From IMG/VR virus record IMGVR_UViG_3300020043_004190, positions 1-33,614 of that record: a stretch of DNA of 33,614 bases, one strand, 5' to 3'. Below are positions 24,842 to 33,614 of this stretch, piece after piece. The translations under genes and the position numbers were made by a program. The notes under the pieces were generated by a model. It did not search any database and had not been told where the DNA came from. It saw only the letters and a program-made list of their open reading frames with translations. The stretch's first letter is position 1. Each line of letters begins with the position of its first letter. This DNA is from a virus. Taxonomy: Duplodnaviria > Caudoviricetes.

Positions 24842-25435
24842 ATGGAAATTAACATACCAACTTCTTTAAAAGATATTAAATTAAGTCAGTTTATTGCCTT
24901 TGAAAAGAGCGATAAGACCGACGACGACTTTATAATACACCTTTGCGAGTTTGCAAATCCGAAACTTTTACCGAAAAAAGAATACAACGAAATTGTAACC
25001 TTACTAAAAGAGGTTATGCAAAGCGATGTTGAATTTCATAAGATATTCAAACACGATGGTATTTACTTTGGATTCATTCCAAACTTAGATAAGATAACAG
25101 CTAACGAGTTTATGCATATTGAAGAGTACATTAAACAACCTGATACGTGGAATAAAGCCTTAGCGGTTTTATACAGACCATTAACTAAACGCAAACGTAA
25201 TTGGTTTAAACGTGGCGCGCACGATTTGTATGACGTGCTTCCGTATCAAGAGGAAAACGCATTTGAAAAGTTGATGCTCGACGTGAGTTGTGTTTACTAC
25301 TTAGGGGCGATGGTTTTTTTTTACAATTTAGGGAACGACTTACTAAAATATATGCAGGACTATTCCAAAGTACTGGAGAGCAAAATAAACGAGAGCAACA
25401 CTTCAACGAAAAGTGGGGATGGTATGTTAGCGTAA
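24842..25435 (+). CDS. Tail assembly chaperone (gpG-like)
   Basis: 197 aa; contains a slippery T9 run leading into a -1 overlapping ORF. Confidence 0.65.
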   Translation: MEINIPTSLKDIKLSQFIAFEKSDKTDDDFIIHLCEFANPKLLPKKEYNEIVTLLKEVMQSDVEFHKIFKHDGIYFGFIPNLDKITANEFMHIEEYIKQPDTWNKALAVLYRPLTKRKRNWFKRGAHDLYDVLPYQEENAFEKLMLDVSCVYYLGAMVFFYNLGNDLLKYMQDYSKVLESKINESNTSTKSGDGMLA

Positions 25436-25581
25436 GAGCATTAGCAGAATTAAACAAGGTTGAAGAGGAGATAGTTTTAGACTATACGATTAATAAGTTT
25501 TACCGATTGTTGGAGTTTGAAAAAGACCGAGCAGAGGTTACAAAAGAAATGATTAAGAACGCAAGCAAAAAGCAACAATGA
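25321..25581 (+). CDS. Frameshift extension of tail assembly chaperone (gpGT-like)
   Basis: -1 frame ORF (LQFRERL...EKWGWY...) with no good start of its own; coupled to the next gene by ATGA. Confidence 0.65.
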   Translation, partial: LQFRERLTKIYAGLFQSTGEQNKREQHFNEKWGWYVSVRALAELNKVEEEIVLDYTINKFYRLLEFEKDRAEVTKEMIKNASKKQQ

Positions 25582-26033
25582 GAGAATTTTATAAAGTAGT
25601 TGATTATTTAAAGACCACGTTAGAGGCGGATGTAAACGTGCATACAATTACACACGGTTTACGGTCAATGACTGACATCGATAAAAAGAACATATTTCCG
25701 TTAGTTCATTTGCAGGTAACGAGTTCAAGTGTTTTAAACGGTAGCGTTAATTTTACTTTTGAAATTGCTGTAGTCGATTTGCGTAATATATCAAAACAGA
25801 TTGTAACGGATAAGTTTTTAGGGAACGATAACGAACTCGACAACCTAAACACTTGCCACGCAGTTTTAAATCGATTAGTATCTATTTTAACCAATCAAAA
25901 TAACGAGTTTGGTATACAGTTAGTAAATGCACCTACTTTGCAACCTATCATATTTGAAGAGAGTAATTTGTTGGATGGGTGGCGTACTGATTTAGAGTTA
26001 ATAATTCCTAATAACGAGATAGTTGTCTGTTAA
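25578..26033 (+). CDS. Tail terminator/completion protein (putative)
   Basis: 151 aa; FPLVHL motif, size and position. Confidence 0.5.
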   Translation: MREFYKVVDYLKTTLEADVNVHTITHGLRSMTDIDKKNIFPLVHLQVTSSSVLNGSVNFTFEIAVVDLRNISKQIVTDKFLGNDNELDNLNTCHAVLNRLVSILTNQNNEFGIQLVNAPTLQPIIFEESNLLDGWRTDLELIIPNNEIVVC

Positions 26034-26565
26034 GAATGAAAATACAGAGAAGGCTTTAAATGCGTTTTTAAAGTACACGGTTGATAAGGCAAAGGAAAAC
26101 CTTAACAATAAGAAAAAGAACGCCTCAAAAACTTTGTATAATAGTTTAAAGTACGATTATAAGGTTAGCAAAAACAGTTTAACCGCTTCGATTACTGCAA
26201 CTGATTATGCAGAGTTTCAAGACTTAGGAGTTAAGGGTGCAAGGTCATCGAGAAAAGCACCTAAATCGCCTTTTAAAATGGGTACGGGTTCAGCACCTAA
26301 AGGAAAATTTAAAGGGTCAATAGATAAATGGGTTGTCCGTAAAGGGATTGCACCGAGAGGAGCAGGCGGACAATTTCAAGCAAGACAGCAATTAGTTGTA
26401 AATATAATGCGCTCGATATTTAATACGGGTATTGTTGCGAGTAGATTTTTAAGTGACCCATTCGAGAAAGGATTTAAAAAACTACCTGATGAAATAATAG
26501 AGGCTTACGGCTTGGATGTCGAAACCTTTTTAAAACAAATAATAAACAATGGCAAAACGAGTTAA
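26023..26565 (+). CDS. Neck/tail completion protein (HK97 gp10-like, putative)
   Basis: Basic protein; L.NSL.Y, YAEFQDLG and GI....FL.DPF motifs. Confidence 0.55.
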   Translation: MSVKNENTEKALNAFLKYTVDKAKENLNNKKKNASKTLYNSLKYDYKVSKNSLTASITATDYAEFQDLGVKGARSSRKAPKSPFKMGTGSAPKGKFKGSIDKWVVRKGIAPRGAGGQFQARQQLVVNIMRSIFNTGIVASRFLSDPFEKGFKKLPDEIIEAYGLDVETFLKQIINNGKTS

Positions 26566-27943
26566 GATAACATTTTTAAGCAACCCAATACCAACAGTCA
26601 ATTTGGTTTTAGGTGTGGCTTATACACCATTCTCAAATACGATAGGGGTTAATATTGGAACTACAGTTACAATAGGAGCGACTAAAGAGGATACAGCATC
26701 AAACCTTTATACTTATTATAACGGCTTAACTTTGCCTGCGTGGTTGGATGCATTCACTACGATAACGTTAGCCTCTAATATTATTTATTTTGACTTCGCA
26801 CCTGACAACGATGAAAACCTTTCGTTCCCTACTTTAATTTCGAGCCAGTCAAGTATCACAATAGAGGAAGTTGAATTACCGAGTGTTGGCGATTTTGAAA
26901 TTGGTTTAGTACGTTCTACTTTATCGCTTAGGCTTATCCCGAATGTAAACTTTGATACAGCAACCTTAGACCTTTACAATTACACAGGGGATATTTCTTT
27001 AGTGCCTGCCGTTCCGAGTTATGCATTATCTAAATCGGTTGTACAATTAGGGCAATCGGTTATTAACTTTGATATAAACGAACTTAGCAAAACGGGGATA
27101 ACGCCTACAATCGCTAACTATACTTTGTCAGGTGTTCAGCCTATTCCATTTGACCAAAGCTGTTGGAGTTATTACAACGCTACTTGCTTTGACGGAGAGG
27201 ATATTGTTTACACTAAAGAGGGGATTTATTTATGCCTTTATGGATATGGGTATTTTCAGGACTTATACAACCCACAACCGCAAAGTAATGTATTAATCGA
27301 TGGTAACTCTCACACCCATTTAAGAGGCTACGATAATAGAGTGCATTTCTTAACAAGGGATTTAACGAGCGTAACAGTAAACGGCACACCCGTAACGGTT
27401 AGTTTTGATACTGACTTTAACTATAACAATATCGTTTCTTTAAACTTAAACGATTACGATGCAAGTGCTACAACTTTAACGGTTGTGTTTACCTATGCAG
27501 AAGAAACAAGGACTTTAATTTTTACAGTTAAAGAGGAGTGTAAATATGAAGTAGTTAATTGTGTATTCATTAACAAATACGGTTTACCTCAGTCTTTGTT
27601 TTTTACCAAAGCACAAAAGAGAAGCGACGAAATAGAGGCATCGGAATACAGAGGTTTAATTTCTGACTTTGGAGTTTACAATACAACTTCGCACGTTTAT
27701 AAAGCATTTAACTCAAACGGGCGCACAAAGGTAACGTGCAACACCGATTACCTAAACGAAAGCGAAAACGATACGTTTAGACAAATGATGTTGAGCGAGA
27801 GTGTTTGGCTAATTGAGGGCGGAATTATAAACCCAGTTAGTATCGATAAGAAATCAATAGAATATAAAACAAGTTTAGTCGATAAACTTATCCAATACTC
27901 AGTTGATTTTAAATATGCATTTGATATAATTAACCAATGTTAA
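26549..27943 (+). CDS. Tail tip/baseplate structural protein
   Basis: 464 aa, beta-rich; FINKYG and NTDYL.E...F.QMMLSE.VW motifs; tail-module position. Confidence 0.55.
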   Translation: MAKRVKITFLSNPIPTVNLVLGVAYTPFSNTIGVNIGTTVTIGATKEDTASNLYTYYNGLTLPAWLDAFTTITLASNIIYFDFAPDNDENLSFPTLISSQSSITIEEVELPSVGDFEIGLVRSTLSLRLIPNVNFDTATLDLYNYTGDISLVPAVPSYALSKSVVQLGQSVINFDINELSKTGITPTIANYTLSGVQPIPFDQSCWSYYNATCFDGEDIVYTKEGIYLCLYGYGYFQDLYNPQPQSNVLIDGNSHTHLRGYDNRVHFLTRDLTSVTVNGTPVTVSFDTDFNYNNIVSLNLNDYDASATTLTVVFTYAEETRTLIFTVKEECKYEVVNCVFINKYGLPQSLFFTKAQKRSDEIEASEYRGLISDFGVYNTTSHVYKAFNSNGRTKVTCNTDYLNESENDTFRQMMLSESVWLIEGGIINPVSIDKKSIEYKTSLVDKLIQYSVDFKYAFDIINQC

Positions 27944-30297
27944 AAGTTAGTATCTACGTAGAGGGTCAGGAACTTGAATTATTCAAAGATGAGAACATCG
28001 AAATCAATTCGAGTGTTCAGAATATTGCGGATATATCAAAAACTTTTAGCGATTTTAGTCAAAGTTTTACCGTTCCTGCATCAAATAAGAACAACGCTAT
28101 ATTTCAGCACTATTATAACACCGATATTGACGGGACATTCAACCCAAATATTAGAGTTTTAGGCTATATCGAACTTGGAAGTTTGCCTTATAAGTATGGA
28201 GTTATTCAATTAGAGGATGTAAAAATCAAAAATCAAAAGGCATACGCTTACACAATTAGGTTTTTTTCATCTACAGTAAGCCTTTCAGACTTATTTAAAG
28301 AGGATGAGTTAAGCGTTTTAGACTTTTCAGACTACGACCACGAATTTGACACCTCTATTTTTAACGCTACATTCAACGAAACGATAGCGGGTGGCGATGT
28401 TTACTACCCTTTAATGACTTCTTTGCGTAATTATATCATTGGAAATGGTACAAATTTAGACATTACACACACGGCAGGAGCGATTAAGTACTTTGAATTA
28501 AAGCCTGCATTAAGACTAAATAGGATTTTTGATGTAATACAGTCGCATTATGGAGTTACTTTTAGACAAGACTTCTTAAATCGTTCGGTATTTGACAACC
28601 TTTTTATGTGGTTGCATAGAGAAGCGGGGCAAATACAAGCGTTTGGAGATGAAACGAGAGTTAATATAACGAGTGCGGGTACTTTAGGGGATATATCAGT
28701 AACGGTAAACACTACAAATGACAGCATAGAATACACCAATACAAGCACAACAAAGTACAAAGTACTCTTTAAGGTAACACCTGCAACGGGGTTTGAGGAT
28801 GTAACCTATAAAGCGAGAATTTACGATAATGGAATAGAACGTACAATCGGAGAGGGAACGGGCGAGCAAACATTTATTTTTGAGGGTTTAGAAAATCAAA
28901 CTTATTTAAACACTTTCACGGTGCAAGCCGTTGGAGATTTTCAATTTACAACCCGTATTTTAGTAAGGTTAAAATTTAGCGGTTTTACAACAGACAAAGC
29001 CACTACAACACCAACTCAAACGCTTTCGGGATTTGCTAACATTTCAGCTTTAATGCCTAAAATGAAAGTCAAAGATTTTGTAGTTTCAATCATCAAAATG
29101 TTTAACCTTGTTTTAGTTCCTATAAATTCAAATACATTCACTTTAATTCCTTTGGATGATTGGTATGCACAAGGGCAATTAATCGATATAAGCGACTTTG
29201 TAGAAACTGACGAGGTAACAGTTAAAAGACCGAAATTATTTAAGCAAATCGACTTTAAACATCAAAACACGGGTCAGATATTAGGCGAGCAATTTAGAGA
29301 GAATAACGGGGGTATTGGTTATGGCGATTTGCGTGCTACTTACGACATCGACGGTACAGAGTTAAAAGTTGAAACTCAGTTTGAGAATTTAGTTTTTGAA
29401 AGATTGACCGATATATCAAACGGGGATTTAACTAATATACAAGTTGGTAAGTCAATCGATAAAACGCTTGAGCCTTACATTGGAAAACCTTTTATCTTTT
29501 ACCGATGTGGTTATGCTTTTTATGACCCACCGATTAAAGCACACGACTTTGGGGATTTAGATTACACTTGGGTAACATCAACGGAAAACGATTTGTTTGT
29601 ACCTCAGGTTAGTAATACGGTTAATTTTTCAAGCGACATAAGTACTTATTTATACAGCGAAATTACACGTAATTTATTTAGTAATTATTGGAGTGATTAC
29701 ATAAGCGATTTATATTCGTTAAAACGTAGGCTAACAACTTACACCGCATATTTGCCTATCGGGGTTTTGATTAAGTTAAGACTAAACGATAGGATAAAAA
29801 TAGGAAGTTACGCCTATATTATAAACTCGATGAAAATCAATTTGGTTAGTGGCAAAGTTGATTTTGAGTTATTAAACTATATCGGTGTGCCTTTCACTTC
29901 GATAAACGATGTCGTTATGCTTACAGCTGATACAGTTGATTATTTTGCCGATACGACTTACTTAACAGCGGATTTGATTTCGTTATACTCGCCCGCTTAT
30001 TCTGGTGTACCTAACGGTGTTGAATTTACAACTTTACAAGTAACACCAAGCGCACAAAATTACGACTGTAAAATCACGGCTAACCAAAACTACTTAGCGG
30101 TTAAAACCAATACGGGTGACGGTACAAGTTGGATAACGTTAGAGAACGCAACGGGAACGCAAACCAACTACTTAAAAATTAAAGTCGATAAATACATCGC
30201 AGGGATAACAGATGAAACGTTAAGCCGTTCGATGGATATCGATGTGACAATCGGGGGCGATACATTTACAATAACAGTAACACAAGGACAACAATAA
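27937..30297 (+). CDS. Tail tip/baseplate hub protein
   Basis: 786 aa; LELFKDE.I...S.Q.I.DISK.FSDFSQSFTVPAS N-terminus. Confidence 0.6.
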   Translation: MLKVSIYVEGQELELFKDENIEINSSVQNIADISKTFSDFSQSFTVPASNKNNAIFQHYYNTDIDGTFNPNIRVLGYIELGSLPYKYGVIQLEDVKIKNQKAYAYTIRFFSSTVSLSDLFKEDELSVLDFSDYDHEFDTSIFNATFNETIAGGDVYYPLMTSLRNYIIGNGTNLDITHTAGAIKYFELKPALRLNRIFDVIQSHYGVTFRQDFLNRSVFDNLFMWLHREAGQIQAFGDETRVNITSAGTLGDISVTVNTTNDSIEYTNTSTTKYKVLFKVTPATGFEDVTYKARIYDNGIERTIGEGTGEQTFIFEGLENQTYLNTFTVQAVGDFQFTTRILVRLKFSGFTTDKATTTPTQTLSGFANISALMPKMKVKDFVVSIIKMFNLVLVPINSNTFTLIPLDDWYAQGQLIDISDFVETDEVTVKRPKLFKQIDFKHQNTGQILGEQFRENNGGIGYGDLRATYDIDGTELKVETQFENLVFERLTDISNGDLTNIQVGKSIDKTLEPYIGKPFIFYRCGYAFYDPPIKAHDFGDLDYTWVTSTENDLFVPQVSNTVNFSSDISTYLYSEITRNLFSNYWSDYISDLYSLKRRLTTYTAYLPIGVLIKLRLNDRIKIGSYAYIINSMKINLVSGKVDFELLNYIGVPFTSINDVVMLTADTVDYFADTTYLTADLISLYSPAYSGVPNGVEFTTLQVTPSAQNYDCKITANQNYLAVKTNTGDGTSWITLENATGTQTNYLKIKVDKYIAGITDETLSRSMDIDVTIGGDTFTITVTQGQQ

Positions 30298-30443
30298 TGG
30301 TAACACAAATAATTGAACTATTGCAGTCTATGGAATTTAAAAAAGGAACGGATAATATCGAGTTTGCAAAAGGTGCTTATCGTTATCCACGTTCAATAAA
30401 AGAAACATTTAAAATAGGTAAAAGATGGCTATCAAAAAAATAA
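30297..30443 (+). CDS. Small hypothetical protein (48 aa)
   Basis: Read manually: MVTQIIELLQ...IEFAKGAYRYP...; overlaps both neighbours. Confidence 0.55.
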   Translation: MVTQIIELLQSMEFKKGTDNIEFAKGAYRYPRSIKETFKIGKRWLSKK

Positions 30444-32299
30444 TTGAAATTGATGTTGACCAAGTGCAAGCGATGGGGGGACTTGATGCTCTTCAAAACT
30501 CACTCGCAGAAACCGAAAAAAGTAGCGCATCTTTAAAAGCTGAATTAAGAAAGCTAAAAGAACAACTTGCGCAACTTCCTGAGGGTTCGGAAGAGTATAA
30601 TAAAATCGCACAAAAGGCAGGAGAGGTTAGCGATAAGATAGGCGACATCAACACCCGAATCAAAAACTTAGGGAGCGATACAAAAAATATCGACGCAGTT
30701 GTTCAAGGTACGCAAGCCTTATCGGGAGCGTTTTCTGTTGCTACTTCCGCAAGTGCTTTGTTAGGCGAAGAGAATAAAGACTTACAAGAAACAATGTTGA
30801 AAGTCGAGAGCGCAATAGGTTTAACTGTAGGTATTCAGTCAATCGCCAACGCTTTACAAAAAGAGAGTGCTTTAGCTATCGGACTGTCAACAGTTGCTAC
30901 TAAAATACAAACGGGAGCGCAGATAGTTTACGCTACTGTAGTGGGTACAACAACGGGAGCGTTAAAGGCTTTAAGGGTTGCTTTATTGTCTACGGGTGTA
31001 GGTGCTTTAGTGGTTGCTTTAGGTTTATTAGTTTCCAAATTAAGTGAAAGTTCAGAGGCAACCGAAAGCCAAGAAAAAGCATTGGAAAAATTAACGGAAG
31101 CTCAAAAAAGATTTAATGAAAGTCTTAAAAATGAATTAGAAGGGATTGATTCCTCTACAAAAGTTAGAATATTAAGAGCGAAAATAGCGGGCAAAAGTGA
31201 AAACGAATTAAGAGATATTGAAAAAGAGGGAGAAGCCGAAAGAGCAAGTACATTCCAAAAAGAATTAGAAAGGTTAGATAAAAAATTAAAAAACGAAAAA
31301 CTTTCAACGGAAGAGTTTGCATTTGCACAAGCCGAAAGAACAAGAATTGGAAATGAGGCTTTAGCTTTATCTGAGCAAAGAGAAATAAACAAGCTTGAAT
31401 TCGAATTAGGTATAGCGGAAAAAAGAAGGGATGCGGAAAAAAAATCGAGCGATGAAGCAAGCGCAGAAAGAGAAAGATTAAGAAAGGAAAGAGAAGCAAA
31501 AGAAGCGAAAGAGTTAGAGGAAAAAATAGCCTTTGAAAATGCGAAAGGTCGCTCGGCTGAGGATGCTTTTGATAAAATATTAAAAAGAGAAGCCGAAGCA
31601 AAAGAATCTAATAGACTTGCAGGTCTTACCGAGTTAGAACAAACTGAGCAAAAATATGATGCTTTAATTGAGCAAGCGAGATTGGCAAACGTTTCAATAG
31701 TAGAATTAGAAATTGAAAAAGCGAGCGCAATAAACGAAATCAATTTAGCACAACAGAAAATTGAAGAGGATGCAAGACTTGCCCAAAAAGATGCGGATGA
31801 AAAAGCATTAGCCGATAAGAAAATTTTAAGAGAGCAAGAGTTAGCCTTATCAGCCGAAACATTTGGAAAAATCGCAAGTCTATTAGGCAAAAATAGTAAG
31901 ATAGGAAAAGCCTTTGCAGTCGGTCAAGCGTTAATAAATACTTATCAGGGTATCACAGCAGAGTTAGCGACAAAAGCCGTTACGCCTTACGAAATAGGGT
32001 TAAAGGTTGCGAATATTGCTTTCGTAGCATCAACGGGTTTCAAAGCGGTTAAGAACATTTTATCCACTAACCCGATGTCAAGCGGTGGCGGTGGTTCAGC
32101 TTCAAGTGGTGGAGCAAGTGGGGGCGGTGGAAGTAGCGCACCTCAATTCAATTTAGTAGGTCAGTCATCAACAAACCAATTAACAGCTACAATCGCAGGA
32201 CAACAAAACAGACCCGTTCAAACATTTGTAGTTGGTAGTCAAGTTAGCACCCAACAAGCATTAGACCGTAACGCAGTAGCTAATTCGGTGTTTGGATAA
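30425..32299 (+). CDS. Tape measure protein
   Basis: 624 aa; Ala/Glu/Lys-rich coiled coils with a hydrophobic stretch (TGVGALVVALGLLV). Confidence 0.8.
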   Translation: MAIKKIIEIDVDQVQAMGGLDALQNSLAETEKSSASLKAELRKLKEQLAQLPEGSEEYNKIAQKAGEVSDKIGDINTRIKNLGSDTKNIDAVVQGTQALSGAFSVATSASALLGEENKDLQETMLKVESAIGLTVGIQSIANALQKESALAIGLSTVATKIQTGAQIVYATVVGTTTGALKALRVALLSTGVGALVVALGLLVSKLSESSEATESQEKALEKLTEAQKRFNESLKNELEGIDSSTKVRILRAKIAGKSENELRDIEKEGEAERASTFQKELERLDKKLKNEKLSTEEFAFAQAERTRIGNEALALSEQREINKLEFELGIAEKRRDAEKKSSDEASAERERLRKEREAKEAKELEEKIAFENAKGRSAEDAFDKILKREAEAKESNRLAGLTELEQTEQKYDALIEQARLANVSIVELEIEKASAINEINLAQQKIEEDARLAQKDADEKALADKKILREQELALSAETFGKIASLLGKNSKIGKAFAVGQALINTYQGITAELATKAVTPYEIGLKVANIAFVASTGFKAVKNILSTNPMSSGGGGSASSGGASGGGGSSAPQFNLVGQSSTNQLTATIAGQQNRPVQTFVVGSQVSTQQALDRNAVANSVFG

Positions 32300-32351
32300 A
32301 AAGTATAGTTTAACTATATTTATACGACAAAAAAATAAATAATTGTTATTA
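32300..32351 (+). promoter_or_regulatory. Operator variant plus late promoter, copy 3
   Basis: AAAGTATAGTT (32300-10); ACAAAA(32327)-N10-TTGTTATTA(32343)-N4-ATG(32356). Confidence 0.6.
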
Positions 32352-32355
32352 GTAT

Positions 32356-33477
32356 ATGAGAGTTTACGAGTTATTCATAAATGATGAGATGAAAGATGGT
32401 TTAGATGCCATTTCTGTAGTTGGTAGTCCTGCAATGGAAAGCCAATTTATAGCACTCAAAAAAGAAGAGAAAAAACAAACTTTTGCAAAGGTCGACGATA
32501 AAAAGAAAATCTTAATGGGCGTTATAATGAAGCCTAATAAAAAGATTTACCGCTACGACGAGGCAAGTAAAGAAGAGTATGAGGTTTTCTTTTCAGAGCA
32601 AACAGTTAGACGAGCGAGCGAGTTGTATTTTAAAAACAACAAACAAAGAAACTTTAACGTAGAGCATAATTCAAAAGATACTTTAGAAGCGTATTTAGTT
32701 GAAAGTTGGATTGTTGAAGACCCTAAAAAAGATAAGTCCGCAATTTACGGATTAGATGCTGAACAAGGCGATTGGATTGGTACTATGAAATTTGAAAGTG
32801 ACGAAGAGTATAACAAGGCTTTAGAGAATGGAACGGGGTTTTCCTTAGAGGGTGTTTTTAGTGAGAAAGTAATTTTAAATAGTAATAAAATGGATTTTAA
32901 AACAATGAAAGACGAAATAGTGAACGAGTTAAAAAGCTTGTTTTCTAAGACCGTCAAATTAGCGCAAGCCAATCTAAAAGAGGGTGCGGGCGTTATTGAG
33001 TTCGAGGGGGATATGCCTACAGTTGGCACTCCTTTAGCTTTGGTAACTCCTGAGGGGACAGTCCCTGCTCCTGCGGGCGAGTACACTTTGGAAAACGAAG
33101 CGGTTATAATCGTGGGGGAAGATGGTAACATCGCAGAGTACAAAGAGAAAACCGAAGAGGTTGAAGAGGTAGAGGTTGAAGTTGAGCAAGCGAAAGAAGT
33201 AGCACCAACTACATCGTTAGACCAAACGGGAGAATTGAAAGATATGATTTCGTCAATCTTAGTAAAATTCGGAGAGGAATTAAAAGCTGAGTTTGCAAAT
33301 CAAATCGAGGCTAAATTCAACGAAAGCAAAAAAGAAGTTGAAGAGTTAAAAGTAGAATTAAGCGAGCAACCTGCGGTTACTAAAACCAAAGTCGCTCCTA
33401 TTGAAAAAGAAGTAAAAATGGCTACAACGACAAGAGGTCGTTTAGTTGAATCATTAAATAATTTAAAACAGAAATAA
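32356..33477 (+). CDS. Prohead protease (XkdF-like) fused to scaffold domain
   Basis: AISVV..PA, NVEH, YLVESWIV and GFSLEG motifs; acidic coiled-coil C-terminus; precedes capsid. Confidence 0.8.
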   Translation: MRVYELFINDEMKDGLDAISVVGSPAMESQFIALKKEEKKQTFAKVDDKKKILMGVIMKPNKKIYRYDEASKEEYEVFFSEQTVRRASELYFKNNKQRNFNVEHNSKDTLEAYLVESWIVEDPKKDKSAIYGLDAEQGDWIGTMKFESDEEYNKALENGTGFSLEGVFSEKVILNSNKMDFKTMKDEIVNELKSLFSKTVKLAQANLKEGAGVIEFEGDMPTVGTPLALVTPEGTVPAPAGEYTLENEAVIIVGEDGNIAEYKEKTEEVEEVEVEVEQAKEVAPTTSLDQTGELKDMISSILVKFGEELKAEFANQIEAKFNESKKEVEELKVELSEQPAVTKTKVAPIEKEVKMATTTRGRLVESLNNLKQK

Positions 33478-33480
33478 AAA

Positions 33481-33614
33481 ATGGCTACATCAGTAACAGT
33501 AAACAGTAACTATAACGGTACGGTTGCAGGCGAAATAGTAGGTAAGGCGTTCAAAGAAGCGGATACTATCGCAAAAGGTTTGGTAACAGTATTACCAAAT
33601 ATTCCCGTAAAAAC
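33481..33614 (+). CDS. Major capsid protein, 5' part (continues to 902)
   Basis: ATG 3 nt after the protease stop; in frame with 87..902 through the overlap. Confidence 0.85.
   Translation, partial: MATSVTVNSNYNGTVAGEIVGKAFKEADTIAKGLVTVLPNIPVK
33494..33614. repeat. Terminal direct repeat, copy 2
   Basis: Identical to 1-121. Confidence 0.97.

Noticed and set aside
31102-31890. Long antisense ORFs (also 2115-2345, 3622-3855, 5223-5510, 15693-16010, 21387-21735, 32745-33143)
   Set aside because: They are antisense shadows of well-supported genes, with Ser/Phe/Leu-rich composition mirroring sense-strand codon bias
1-33614. Genome-wide stop-codon reassignment (code 15 or 4)
   Set aside because: Almost all genes are intact in code 11; TAG and TGA terminate tightly coupled genes; only two isolated in-frame stops of different types were found

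Overview
This is an apparently complete, circularly assembled temperate tailed-phage genome of 33,493 bp. Bases 1-121 repeat exactly at 33494-33614, and the major capsid gene runs across that junction. It is siphovirus-like: it has a tail tube and a 624-aa tape measure but no sheath gene. A Bacteroidota (probably Flavobacteriaceae) host is inferred from TAnnTTTG promoter boxes and A-rich start regions lacking Shine-Dalgarno sequences. The modules are: capsid, tail tube, portal and an SGNH-esterase tail fibre (1-6870); a lysis region (holin-like gene, homing endonuclease, GH24 endolysin, distant u-spanin) interrupted by an accessory locus (6874-12161); a leftward early/replication operon (VRR-NUC, SF2 helicase, primase-helicase, SSB-like protein; 12158-19392); an immunity switch, a tRNA-Ser-type attP and a tyrosine integrase (19400-21705); and a phage sigma factor, terminase, tail genes, tape measure and prohead protease (21852-33477). 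The most unusual locus is 8961-9740. There, a non-coding array of ~40-bp-periodic palindromic units abuts a single integron-type gene cassette whose attC-like R'' arm is perfectly complementary to its own left junction, although the phage encodes no IntI. Other notable signals are a dispersed 23-bp operator, a leaderless late-promoter motif, a kissing-loop leader RNA, a symmetric origin-like element, a -1 frameshift, two in-frame stops and a G9 tract in the tail fibre. All product calls come from motif recognition by eye; no database searches were run.
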